A stretch of 64,000 bases of DNA from positions 32,001 to 96,000 of the IMG/VR virus record IMGVR_UViG_3300047546_001659; one strand, 5' to 3'. Both the position numbers and the translations under genes were made by a program. The notes under the pieces are model-generated. The model did not search any database. It saw nothing but the letters and a program-made list of their open reading frames with translations, and was not told where the DNA came from. Shown here in pieces: positions 25,801 to 34,967 of the stretch (position 1 is its first letter; each line of letters opens with the position of its first letter). This stretch comes from a virus.

Positions 25801-26032
25801 CTTGTGGCAATGCGGGATATTGAGTAAAATTGCAACCTTCAACCACAGAACCATCTTTGTAAATACTAGAACCAAATCTTGAGATTTGTTTCTGCATCAT
25901 TGTTTGAAGCTGAGTTAATTCTCTCGCTTGCACGGCAGTTGATGGGCGGAACAAAACGCGATAATACATTTTGTCTTCATCATAATCATCATAAAAAGGT
26001 GCAACATTAAAATTCGTTTGTAACTCAGCCAT
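22895..26032 (-). CDS. VrlC-like (DUF4815-type) structural protein, N-terminal part
   Basis: TNFNVAPFYDDYDEDKMYYRVLFRPSTAVQARELTQLQT...APGAYRLK...RTKEESGDY...IDFRP...YYLPRVD. Confidence 0.85.
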   Translation of the reverse strand: MAELQTNFNVAPFYDDYDEDKMYYRVLFRPSTAVQARELTQLQTMMQKQISRFGSSIYKDGSVVEGCNFTQYPALPQVKFKDSNTATLDFKLLTREVTDVANVQSHMSDSYLLVSNNTLLRAAIFEAFSGAEAAVNRGSNDTNRAYVIYINTGRSDASSGGSLTGTGTPVYTFSTAGEKINVYSPLQDKTGALNPNYYVGDIYTLPSNNTVNALGTGFGLHVGQGIIYQKGFFLKSNPKNFMIKEHSTNAVGIKVGFNTKEYIVTPHEDPSLYDNSLGSPNYNAPGAYRLKLVPDLIAYDTTNTDVIIPKDFVPVVDFSGGTGTAVTIQEDPLYSIIGDVMAKRTKEESGDYVVKPFQVNVEPTSNTQTMYYTVSPGVAYVDGYRVEFRSPRRIEVRRGIDSNSSLNERVTVNFGNYMKVADFSGIVDVGGIESVDLYSANQYSLTKNFAGGVNPTGTIVGNATIRAVKYYSGIKGTAQAQYLVYVTNINLVPGNSFQANVKSIGKVSGTFTKIFGDIVPETRTTTGSFNQLYQSDTTQKSLLFYTGLDGTKRLLSSTGANNTSYIYRTTLDAVNATRGSGSFTASFTSGTDEFNYGATAGLDDSLSTDIHVQFAQDTLANCYSTTTISLGSQGGVSNATHSNVTCAAVTAATGSFINNWGSLSYPITTPTTSGIFPKVGDGIKASYKVATVPTVSYHTITAINSANSISITPPLSGVADASSITLQRFFKVGTHVDFNGGGNVISFSTSGSPPKVNQMGITVALDLDTSQTYQIRAQVPLVRNQATPIEKVVTKDAYVAINCASHPASTSGPWSLGIPDVYNIKAIYVGANFANTNPDRKDWFSFDNGQRDNFYGLSYISILPQFKNAISSTSRIFVRLDHFTPNVTSTKATFFSVDSYSIDDANTANTTAVVTAQIPVYKDISGNLYDLRNHIDFRPVMKNTAVSSVSAVFPNYTINPANTSLVYYSSPSVKMAIEPDTNMTYNIEYYLPRVDTLIINKDGLLSVKSSAPSYNSKPPIVNDTGLKIADVYVTPYPSLTFSEAE

Positions 26033-26041
26033 TTCTATTCC

Positions 26042-27538
26042 TTAGAATTTAAAATATATTTTAACATCTTCAGATTTAATACCTGTTCTACTGATAGGTT
26101 CAATATTTTTATAATATAAAACCTCAGATGAATAAGGAACAAGATCTTTATTATTTATTGTTGAAATAACAACTGTTTTTCCTGACGATAATGAAGTAAT
26201 TGTTTCATAAGGATTGAAAGTGCCCACTTCATTAAGGACATATATGCTTGAAGTATTCATGAAAGCAACAGTAGCTTTAGCTTTACTATTAAATCCCTGT
26301 ATTTCTTCACCAACAGAAAGAAGAGACGGTGCAGTTAAGACACCAAAATTTAACATTTGATTAAATGTTCTTCCCTGAAAGTTAGCAAGATTAGCAGCGG
26401 CTGTTGGATTCTGAATAAGTGAAACTTGTCTATATTTACCCCAAGGTGGTAAATTATCAAATGAAGAAGTTGAAACTGAAAGACCAACAGTATCACCACC
26501 TAGTTCAGAAGTGGGATTAGATCCGTGTCCTTCCTCGGGAGAAATTATAGCATAAGCTGTTGCATTAGATCCAAAATATGTATTACATTCAATTGAAATA
26601 TTTGCGTAAGTATAATTTCTACCTCTAGCTATTACACGAATAGAAGAAATATTACCATTAGCATTTACTTCTGAAATAGCCTTAGCACCTGAACCATCAC
26701 CTGTAATATAAACTTGTGGACCAATTTTAAATTTAGAAGTGCTGCTTAATCCTGTTATGGATTTATCTGTAAACACATATTTTCCAGAACTATTAACAAT
26801 ATAATCCTTGATAAGTGTTAATGCACCTGACCCTGAACCAGCTGAAATATAAAAATAAGAATTAGTATAAGCCCCACTAATTGAGATAACACCTGAATTT
26901 GATACTTTAAATTTTTTATCACTTATTATACTATCAAATGTACCGTTTCCAGAAATATAGTTGTTACCTGAATTGCTAGGTAGAATGACATGAAGTGCAC
27001 CGGGCTCTGCCGTTGCAACAACTGTTGGATTGGGAATTATAGGAAAATATACATCAGTGGAAAATTTCTTTACATTTTTATTATTAATGGCAAACATAAA
27101 TTTCCATTTGTATCCATCGGAGGTATTGAAATCCCCTTTTGACACAGTCAAATTTGGCTCTACAGTTGATGGAGCACCATAATTATTAAACAAACATTTA
27201 TAAACACGATTTAAACTATTAATAACATAAAAGTTTTTACTATAAAGATTAGGATCATTATGAGTATAATAATCATAAACGGTTCCTGAAGTCCAATTAA
27301 TTTTCTTTCCAACACACACAATATCATCTGGTGTTACTTTTTTACCAAAAATCATTTCTTTATTAACATCAATAAATGATGTCTGTACAGAAGTGTTTGG
27401 TAATGGAGGAATTGAATCATCATCCCATTCAAAATATTTGCCAAAAGCAATATAAAAATTAGAAGCAGTATTGCCGACACTTTCTTTAAATGCCTCGACA
27501 AATTTATTTTTAATGTTTTGTGTAAAGGTGCCTGCCAT
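26042..27538 (-). CDS. gp8: Baseplate wedge subunit gp8
   Basis: WTSGTVYDYY...FYVIN...VYKCLFNN...STVEP...DGYKWKFMF...GHGSNPTSELG. Confidence 0.85.
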   Translation of the reverse strand: MAGTFTQNIKNKFVEAFKESVGNTASNFYIAFGKYFEWDDDSIPPLPNTSVQTSFIDVNKEMIFGKKVTPDDIVCVGKKINWTSGTVYDYYTHNDPNLYSKNFYVINSLNRVYKCLFNNYGAPSTVEPNLTVSKGDFNTSDGYKWKFMFAINNKNVKKFSTDVYFPIIPNPTVVATAEPGALHVILPSNSGNNYISGNGTFDSIISDKKFKVSNSGVISISGAYTNSYFYISAGSGSGALTLIKDYIVNSSGKYVFTDKSITGLSSTSKFKIGPQVYITGDGSGAKAISEVNANGNISSIRVIARGRNYTYANISIECNTYFGSNATAYAIISPEEGHGSNPTSELGGDTVGLSVSTSSFDNLPPWGKYRQVSLIQNPTAAANLANFQGRTFNQMLNFGVLTAPSLLSVGEEIQGFNSKAKATVAFMNTSSIYVLNEVGTFNPYETITSLSSGKTVVISTINNKDLVPYSSEVLYYKNIEPISRTGIKSEDVKIYFKF

Positions 27539-27551
27539 AATATCAGCCGTA

Positions 27552-29141
27552 TTAAGTGGTTGTTACTGAATCATAAACTAATTCTGTATTTAAATTTTTA
27601 CTATCTAAAATTGTCGGATGACCAAATACTTTATTACCTACTGGGTGGTAAACTTGTTTAAGAACATCAATATATTTATCCAAGGATTTTTCAACCTGAA
27701 TTTCATATGAAAATTCTTGGTAATAATCACTATCTTGAATATATTTGTCGGCGTTTAAGAAACCACTAGTATCAGTCCATTCACCTTCCGATTTACCTAT
27801 AGCACCAGATATAATAGTCAACTCTGCAGAACATTCAGAATTAGCAGTATTATAAAATTCTAATGTCTCATCATCATTAAATCCAAAGCCTGATGATATT
27901 AATTCTACAGTTTCTATTACACCGTTACCAGTTGTAGGTACACCGTGTATAATACTATCATTGCCCCAGAATTTGCCCTTAGGATCTTTTATTCCATATC
28001 CCTTAACTTTGTAATCTATAACTTCAACTGTAACATCACCATCATAACGATGATCACCTGAGCTTATAGACCCTAGAGAAGCAATAGTACCTACTTGAAC
28101 AATACTATCAGTTAATGCGTTACCGATTACGGATCCAACTGAAGCCATTTTTAAATTTGATCCATACGAGGCAGCACTAATTAATGTATTCATTTCTGGA
28201 TCAAGTAAATTTGTATTATATGTAAAATTGACCGTATTAGAAATAGATTTAACTTTGAATACTGCTCCGGAACCCTTTGTATTAGCACCTTGTGTAATCA
28301 ATATAGTAGAATTGGTTGAATAACCATACCCACCGTCTCTCAATATAAATCTTAAATAACCTCTTAACTTATCACTATCAGTTAAAGTGCTTACATCATA
28401 TATTAGACCTTCACCAGATGTACTAGTGGTTTGCAAAGGATCACCTGGTGTATTATTTTCAGATGATGTAAATACAGTTGCACCTATTGCAGATCCTTTT
28501 ACTTTAGAAGCTTCTAAAATATTAATTCCATCAGTAAGAAGATATTCACCTTTAACAAATAATGAACCAGAAGGACCTGGAACTAAATCTTTTACATAAA
28601 GAACATGGGCTACTTGAAGACCTGTATAAATTTGTACTGAGGAAGAGACAAAGGCAACTGCACCTGACGTAGTACCCTTTATATATTTTTTATGATAAAG
28701 GTGATTGATATCTGTTTCTTCAATTTCAATATATTGATTAGATTGCCATGTACCATCAGAGGTTCTTAACATATCCTCTTGAGGAACAAATAAAAGTATT
28801 TCTAGATCGTATAATAATCTAAAAAGTAATTTGAGACCTTCGACAGATCCTTTTGATCTATAAACATCTAATATATGTTTTTCTAAAAGGGCTTTATCTG
28901 ATAATACTTTTCTTGGTATACCAAACATAAACTTTGAAAGGTAGTTATCAATATATTCCGTTGATACTTCATCAACATCCGAATATTCAAGTAATCTTCT
29001 TGATTTGAATATAGGACCACCTTCATCCATCCATTCATAATAAGCTTTGACAAAAGTGACAAAATCATCACCCTCTTCCCTATAAAATTCAGGAAATTGT
29101 CTGCTAACCAATGATGATATTTTTTTAAGTTCAGCTTCCAT
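27552..29141 (-). CDS. gp7: Baseplate wedge subunit (gp7-like)
   Basis: QFPEFYREE...FVKAYYEW...YRSKGS...LFRLLY...IQDSDYYQEFSY...HPVG; lies between gp6 and gp8. Confidence 0.75.
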   Translation of the reverse strand: MEAELKKISSLVSRQFPEFYREEGDDFVTFVKAYYEWMDEGGPIFKSRRLLEYSDVDEVSTEYIDNYLSKFMFGIPRKVLSDKALLEKHILDVYRSKGSVEGLKLLFRLLYDLEILLFVPQEDMLRTSDGTWQSNQYIEIEETDINHLYHKKYIKGTTSGAVAFVSSSVQIYTGLQVAHVLYVKDLVPGPSGSLFVKGEYLLTDGINILEASKVKGSAIGATVFTSSENNTPGDPLQTTSTSGEGLIYDVSTLTDSDKLRGYLRFILRDGGYGYSTNSTILITQGANTKGSGAVFKVKSISNTVNFTYNTNLLDPEMNTLISAASYGSNLKMASVGSVIGNALTDSIVQVGTIASLGSISSGDHRYDGDVTVEVIDYKVKGYGIKDPKGKFWGNDSIIHGVPTTGNGVIETVELISSGFGFNDDETLEFYNTANSECSAELTIISGAIGKSEGEWTDTSGFLNADKYIQDSDYYQEFSYEIQVEKSLDKYIDVLKQVYHPVGNKVFGHPTILDSKNLNTELVYDSVTTT

Positions 29142-30934
29142 TATTGTCTTACAACGTTAATTGAAATGAGTAGTTTGGAAAAATCAATTTTAAGATATTT
29201 ACTTTCTTGAACAACAATATCATCATTTAAAGTAATAGCATAAAAATCAATATAGTTAATATAATCTTGTACGGTAATATCTAAAACTACAGCACCTGTA
29301 TCATAATTAACAGTTCCTATATTTTCATTTAAAATGATTTGTTTAGAATCAGGTGTGAGGTAATATAGTCTTAAAAGACCTTCACCATTATCTGAAATGC
29401 GGGCATTGTAAGATACATTATCTTTAAGGTAAGTAAAGAAATCAGATCTTACTGTTTCTTCTTCACCTTCTATATAAGGTTTTTTAAATGGTCTATATAG
29501 AGGATTTGAGAAGGAAAAAGATAATCTTTGTGAAATTCCTTTTGGAGGTGCGGTTCTGTATATTGCTCTTAAGTATGTTTGATTACTAATGATTGCTGGA
29601 TCTGCTTCATCAATCATTGATGATAATCTTGATTTTCTTAAATCGTTACCAAAATCTGTAAGATAAAGATCGCTATATTCTTGAATTTTTGAAATAACTT
29701 CTGTTTTTAATTGTTGTAAACTTTTTGAAGTGAGAGTAGGATCATATCTAACATCTGATACTACTTCAACATAGAGATATTCAGGATCTATAATAACAGG
29801 TTCTGTGGTAATACTTTTTGTTTTTAAATAAGTAATAATATTTGTTTTTAACTCTGAAGCTACAATTGGATTGCTTCCGTAAGGAATCATACTAATAATA
29901 ACCTTACCATATTGTGGAGGATCTGCAAGTTCACCCCCATAAACATTTACTGTTTTGATTTGTGGATAACTTTCAATAATTATATTTTTATAATCATCTT
30001 TGGTCACAGCACGATTTTGAGATGCAAAGTGTCGAGGAGCGTTATACTTAATTGATTCAATAGTTTCTCTTTCAGATCCATCAGCAGCAGGTGTATTTGT
30101 TGAAACTGCTACCGAATATAATCCATTTTCTACTTTTGTAGTAGGTGTAAAAGTATAAGCCTTGTTACCTAATTCACCGTTGGTTGATCTATATTTGATA
30201 TTTACAATGTTTCCATTTGTTAATTTTTTGCCCAATATTCCATCACCGAATATGATTTCATATTGATTTGCACCATATCCTTGAATAAAATAAATTTCAG
30301 AATTAGAATCTAAACCGTACAGATTTTCAGCGTAAGTGTAAACAGAATTTGAGGAATCTGTGGTCGATTTAACAACAGTTACCTTTATACTATTGGTGTC
30401 AACATTCTCTGAATTAATAATGTATCTTACACCATCAGCCACATTAAAAAACTCATTTACGATTTTGCCTTCATAAATGTAAACAGGATCACTTGTATAT
30501 GAAACACCATTATATGTTAAAACAAGTGTTTCATCAGTAGTAAAATCTAAATTGGTATTATCAACAACTGCCCTTGTTGTATAATTTTCAGGTATGGTAA
30601 CTGTTGGAGGAGTATCTTGTCCTGTATTAACAGTAAAAGAAACAAGAGCTCTGGCAGATGTTCTAGATCTCGGTAAGTAATTTAATTCTTTAGCATGTGA
30701 AACAACTGAATTTTTAATTTGAGCTGAATCTAAAAACATTTCACTTCCTATCATATTAAGATAGTAAGCATTCATATAGGAATTATATGAAAGAAGATCA
30801 ATCAAAGCATTAAGATTTGATCCTTCAAAATCATAGTCTTTAAATTCAGTTTTACTCTTCAAAAAAGTTTTTAGGTTTTGTTTAATACCATCAAAACTTA
30901 ATTCGGATACACTTAAGAATCCTGTGTTTGCCAT
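29141..30934 (-). CDS. gp6: Baseplate wedge subunit gp6
   Basis: LSFDGIKQNLK...DYDFEGS...FLDSAQ...SVVSHAKELNYLPRS...QNRAVTKDDY...PPQYGKV. Confidence 0.93.
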   Translation of the reverse strand: MANTGFLSVSELSFDGIKQNLKTFLKSKTEFKDYDFEGSNLNALIDLLSYNSYMNAYYLNMIGSEMFLDSAQIKNSVVSHAKELNYLPRSRTSARALVSFTVNTGQDTPPTVTIPENYTTRAVVDNTNLDFTTDETLVLTYNGVSYTSDPVYIYEGKIVNEFFNVADGVRYIINSENVDTNSIKVTVVKSTTDSSNSVYTYAENLYGLDSNSEIYFIQGYGANQYEIIFGDGILGKKLTNGNIVNIKYRSTNGELGNKAYTFTPTTKVENGLYSVAVSTNTPAADGSERETIESIKYNAPRHFASQNRAVTKDDYKNIIIESYPQIKTVNVYGGELADPPQYGKVIISMIPYGSNPIVASELKTNIITYLKTKSITTEPVIIDPEYLYVEVVSDVRYDPTLTSKSLQQLKTEVISKIQEYSDLYLTDFGNDLRKSRLSSMIDEADPAIISNQTYLRAIYRTAPPKGISQRLSFSFSNPLYRPFKKPYIEGEEETVRSDFFTYLKDNVSYNARISDNGEGLLRLYYLTPDSKQIILNENIGTVNYDTGAVVLDITVQDYINYIDFYAITLNDDIVVQESKYLKIDFSKLLISINVVRQ

Positions 30935-31323
30935 TATCTTACTCTTCTAAGAATTAAATCTAAAGTTATCGGAACAGTATTATTTGTTAAATAAAATACT
31001 ATTGTGGCATAATAAGCATTTTCATCGGGAAGAGCTTTAACATTTACAGAATAAAGACTAGCTCTTGGTTCATAATTTCTAATAGTTTCTGATATTTTTT
31101 CTTTTATGATATATTCAGTATCTCTACTAATATTTTCAAATAATGTGTTTCTAATACCCGCACCCAAATTAGGATTAAAAAATCTTTCGCCTGGGTTTGT
31201 TAAAAGAAGATTGCGAATGGATCTTTTTACTGACTGCTCATTAGTAAGCAGCACCAGATCTCCCTTGATCGGATGTACATCAAAATTAGTAGGTATATCT
31301 GAATAAAATACAGTTGTTGTCAT
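30934..31323 (-). CDS. gp25: Baseplate wedge/sheath initiator gp25
   Basis: YSDI...HPIKGDL...SVKRSIRNLLLTNPGERFFNPNLG...YEPR. Confidence 0.92.
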   Translation of the reverse strand: MTTTVFYSDIPTNFDVHPIKGDLVLLTNEQSVKRSIRNLLLTNPGERFFNPNLGAGIRNTLFENISRDTEYIIKEKISETIRNYEPRASLYSVNVKALPDENAYYATIVFYLTNNTVPITLDLILRRVR

Positions 31324-31328
31324 TTAAA

Positions 31329-31336
31329 TATTTATA
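31329..31336 (-). promoter_or_regulatory. T4-type late promoter upstream of gp25
   Basis: Exact TATAAATA 5 nt before the gp25 ATG. Confidence 0.55.
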
Positions 31337-32810
31337 ATGATGTCTGACATGCGCGTAGATACTGTGGATTGTATTTTTGAATGTCGTTTGCTGTTGATGC
31401 AGCTAGTTGCCAGCCTTGCATTATAGGTTTTGATCCAAGAGGAGAGAAATTTTCGCCCATCATAGTAGCATTCATTCCTAACATAAAGGGGATAGCATTA
31501 TCAGATCTTCTCATTTCTATTGTTGAAGTAACAGGAACATTTAAATTACTACAAAGATTAGTAGCCATTTGAGATACTTGTTGACCGTAATAAGTAGAAG
31601 ATGGAGGCATTTCTGGTGAACCCGTAATCATTCTTGATACCATGGATGTAATAGGGATTGAACCACCCATCGAAGCAAAGTTTTGCATACCAAAACTTAC
31701 CACCCCAGTACCACCTTGATTTGTACCAAATGCACCAACTCTTCTACAAAATACTTGATCAATGGCAGGCAGAGAAACAGGAGCTTCACCAAAGAAACTT
31801 TTACCAGCATATGAAGGTGGGGTAAGCATTGGGTTATTTGCTCTGGTTGATGTAGCTATTCTATTGCCCGTAATAACTTCTGACATCATACCGCCAATAG
31901 CAAGTCCTCCTCCCTTACCTAATAATGATGCCATGGCAATACCACCAAGAGAACCAAGTGATGCTAATGATCCACCAAGTGGTGTTTGATTAAGAAGACT
32001 TGCAATTGCTGAGGCTCCGGCAAGTGTTGCCAATCCTTGAGTTGCAACTGCAGGATTAGTTACAGATGCAAGTTGTACTGCACTTAATGTTCCTGCAGCT
32101 AATCCTGCATAAGTGTTAACAGCATTTGTAATAGATGATTGTGAAAGATCGGAAGAAGCTCTTAGATAATTAGTACCAGGATTTTGATTATTATTAAAAG
32201 CTGTTCCTATGATAGATGAACCAATTACACCCAATGATATACCGAGAGCTGCTGCAGATAAAGTATCACCTGAACTACTTCTTGAAGGATCATCATATTG
32301 GCGCATTGATTCATATTGATTAGAATATCTTTGATCAACAGAATATACAGCTTGACTCAAATAACCAATATTAGAAATAGAATGAATTTGTACTACACCT
32401 AAAATATTACGGATGTATCTTTGATTTGCTAATTCAGGAATGTTTACAGTATTTGCAATATATGTTAGCTGTTCTATATTAGAAACAGAGGCTAATATAT
32501 AAAAAAATTTTTCTAAGGCATCATAAGGAATGACACCATAAGATGACAATTCTTTTGATTTGGATTCTATAGCTTCAATTTCTTTTTCAGTAAGTTTATA
32601 ATTCTTATCAGTTCTTACATAGTCCGCTGGTGCTGGTCCATATGATTTTAAAATAGAAGCCGGACCTGCCATAGCAGCACCTATAGCAACAGCGTTATTA
32701 AATTGTTCATTAGAAGGTTTTAATTCTTGACTACCATAAAACCCTGGTTGTTGAATTACACCTCTTTGAATTAAAGCAGTAATATCTGGGGAAATATTGT
32801 AATTAGGCAA
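31332..32810 (-). CDS. Uncharacterised baseplate-region protein with Ala/Gly/Leu-rich hydrophobic segment
   Basis: 492 aa ORF coupled between gp5-C and gp25; family not recognised. Confidence 0.7.
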   Translation of the reverse strand: MPNYNISPDITALIQRGVIQQPGFYGSQELKPSNEQFNNAVAIGAAMAGPASILKSYGPAPADYVRTDKNYKLTEKEIEAIESKSKELSSYGVIPYDALEKFFYILASVSNIEQLTYIANTVNIPELANQRYIRNILGVVQIHSISNIGYLSQAVYSVDQRYSNQYESMRQYDDPSRSSSGDTLSAAALGISLGVIGSSIIGTAFNNNQNPGTNYLRASSDLSQSSITNAVNTYAGLAAGTLSAVQLASVTNPAVATQGLATLAGASAIASLLNQTPLGGSLASLGSLGGIAMASLLGKGGGLAIGGMMSEVITGNRIATSTRANNPMLTPPSYAGKSFFGEAPVSLPAIDQVFCRRVGAFGTNQGGTGVVSFGMQNFASMGGSIPITSMVSRMITGSPEMPPSSTYYGQQVSQMATNLCSNLNVPVTSTIEMRRSDNAIPFMLGMNATMMGENFSPLGSKPIMQGWQLAASTANDIQKYNPQYLRACQTSL

Positions 32811-34584
32811 CTCTACCCTCCAATGCTGCTACTGCATATGATAATTTAATTCCTGCAATTGCTGATTGACAATGTGGATCAGCACATGTTAATACACTAC
32901 CTCCACCTTGTTGACCAGGTTGAGCAGATTCAACATGACAATGAATACCACCTTGATCATTTTTTTCAAGAAGTATTTTACTATAAGGAAGAAAATCTCT
33001 CACGTAAGCTGCCATCTCAGCCGTAAATCCATAATCAGGTTTATTGGAACATCTAATATCTACCGCACCACCTTTGATATGATTAGATGAGTTATCTCTA
33101 TACCAAGAGGAGATATACATACGACCCCCAAATTTTTCGTATAAAGGATCTAATATGTTCCAAGCAACATTCATTGCTTCTTTGAGTATTTGTTGATGTT
33201 GTGCGGCTGGAGCACTTCTGATGTTTATAATTTGTCCTACAGTGATATGCTTTGATATCTTCTGTGATGAATTGTATATTGAGGTAGGAATAGGTAAAGG
33301 ATTTTTCTCTGCTGTTCCATTATTACTTGATACACCAGCTGGTCTATCATATATGCCTGTTGCAATAGCTTCAGCTGTAATGCCTGAATCTTTAGCCTGA
33401 TAAGTGACACCAGATCCTTTGTTGCCTGCAGCATAAGCTTCTGCCTGAGGATTTGGTCTACCGCCTTCATTTTTATAAAGAGAAAATTCTTCAGCTGACA
33501 TACCCGCAGCATTCTTTGGAAAATCAGGAGCCAATCTTACTGAAGTAATTGAATCTATAATAGTGTTAGTTGTAGGATACTGTGCAAGTTGTGCTGCATT
33601 TATATTAGCATCATCAACAGAAGGTGATCCACCTGTTTGAATATCCGTAGTTGATCCTTTGATATTAACTTTTGCAGATGCTAATAAATCTATAGTTGAT
33701 GAAGAATGAATAGAAGCAGCACTTGTTGATGAAATTTTTGTTGTGCCGTTTGCTCTTACAGATAAGTCAGCTTCTGTAGCAATTCCTATATCATCCTTTG
33801 CGTCAATTTCAATTTTTTCTTTAGCATAGATACCTACATTTTTCTGTGCGTTCACTTCTACGGTCTTATCAGATCTAACAGTAATTTCTTTTCCTGCATC
33901 TACTTCAAGTGATTGAGGTGTTTGTATTCTCATTTTACCAGCAGATGTAATTCTATAATCACCTGCAATCATTGTACTAGAATCTTTAGCTACTTCAATT
34001 ATCTTACTGCCGTTTTGAATTACTTCTTCAATTGATCCATCGTGAACTGTAGTAACCATATCACCACCAACTGATATGTTCAAACTACCTCCGACATTGA
34101 TATCTAAATCCCCAACCGTTTCAATTGTAATTTTACCATCACCTTTCAATATCATATGACCTTTTGCAAACATAGTCATATCACCTTTTGGTGCAACTAT
34201 GCCAACACCCTTTGATCCGGAAGATATCATATGAATAGAACCATCAGCGTCAATCATAATAGTTGCACCTGAATGATGTTGCAATGTAATAGTATCAGAA
34301 CCAAATGTGTTATCAATTACAACTTTGTTTCCTGTAGCAGAAACAAATCCTTGAACATCAGTTGAATCACCAATGCCTCCCATAACACCTGCACCAGGTC
34401 CTGTATGAGTTATGGTATTATCAGAAGCAGAACCGGGTTTATCTTTTACTGATACTTCATAATAAGGTGCTGGATTACCAGATCCAATTATTTGTGGTCC
34501 TTCATTTCTCCCTACGCCATCACTTTCAATATTGGTGACGGCTTTTACTAATTCAGGATCTGATGCAAATTTATCAATTGACAT
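32803..34584 (-). CDS. gp5 C-terminal beta-helix spike fused to peptidase M15-like Zn D-Ala-D-Ala peptidase
   Basis: SATGNKVVIDNTFG...LQHHSGA...IDADG and beta-helix repeats; C-terminal ISSWYR...SNHIKGGAVDI...HCHVE. Likely start is MSIDKF. Confidence 0.8.
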   Translation of the reverse strand: MSIDKFASDPELVKAVTNIESDGVGRNEGPQIIGSGNPAPYYEVSVKDKPGSASDNTITHTGPGAGVMGGIGDSTDVQGFVSATGNKVVIDNTFGSDTITLQHHSGATIMIDADGSIHMISSGSKGVGIVAPKGDMTMFAKGHMILKGDGKITIETVGDLDINVGGSLNISVGGDMVTTVHDGSIEEVIQNGSKIIEVAKDSSTMIAGDYRITSAGKMRIQTPQSLEVDAGKEITVRSDKTVEVNAQKNVGIYAKEKIEIDAKDDIGIATEADLSVRANGTTKISSTSAASIHSSSTIDLLASAKVNIKGSTTDIQTGGSPSVDDANINAAQLAQYPTTNTIIDSITSVRLAPDFPKNAAGMSAEEFSLYKNEGGRPNPQAEAYAAGNKGSGVTYQAKDSGITAEAIATGIYDRPAGVSSNNGTAEKNPLPIPTSIYNSSQKISKHITVGQIINIRSAPAAQHQQILKEAMNVAWNILDPLYEKFGGRMYISSWYRDNSSNHIKGGAVDIRCSNKPDYGFTAEMAAYVRDFLPYSKILLEKNDQGGIHCHVESAQPGQQGGGSVLTCADPHCQSAIAGIKLSYAVAALEGRVA

Positions 34585-34586
34585 TG

Positions 34587-34967
34587 TTATCCACAATAAT
34601 TGTTATACAAAGTGTTTAAATTATGTTCTAATTTATTATGATCTGCAGTAATTGTTGCATTATCAGTAAACATAGATAGATCTTTCATAATTTTATATAG
34701 TGTAATTTTTTGCTGCTCAGTAAGATAATAATTAGAGTGTAAAACGTTTAATTTGCTATTGACGAATTTATTCAACCCACCAATAATACATACAGTTGCA
34801 TTCTTTTCACTAGCTTGTGATCCCTGATAAACCGATCCATCTACATCAATTATAAATGTAAAGTTACTATAGTCATTTAAATTTACATTCTCACCTCTTG
34901 TAGTATTAGAAAAGGTGAAATTTAAATTTGTACTGTAGGATACTGCAGTTGGGGCAACTCTATTCAT
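34587..34967 (-). CDS. Degenerate T7-lysozyme/amidase_2-like protein
   Basis: FIIDVDGSVYQG...VCIIGG...LTEQQKITL resembles the amidase core, but the Zn-binding His residues are not visible. Confidence 0.55.
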   Translation of the reverse strand: MNRVAPTAVSYSTNLNFTFSNTTRGENVNLNDYSNFTFIIDVDGSVYQGSQASEKNATVCIIGGLNKFVNSKLNVLHSNYYLTEQQKITLYKIMKDLSMFTDNATITADHNKLEHNLNTLYNNYCG

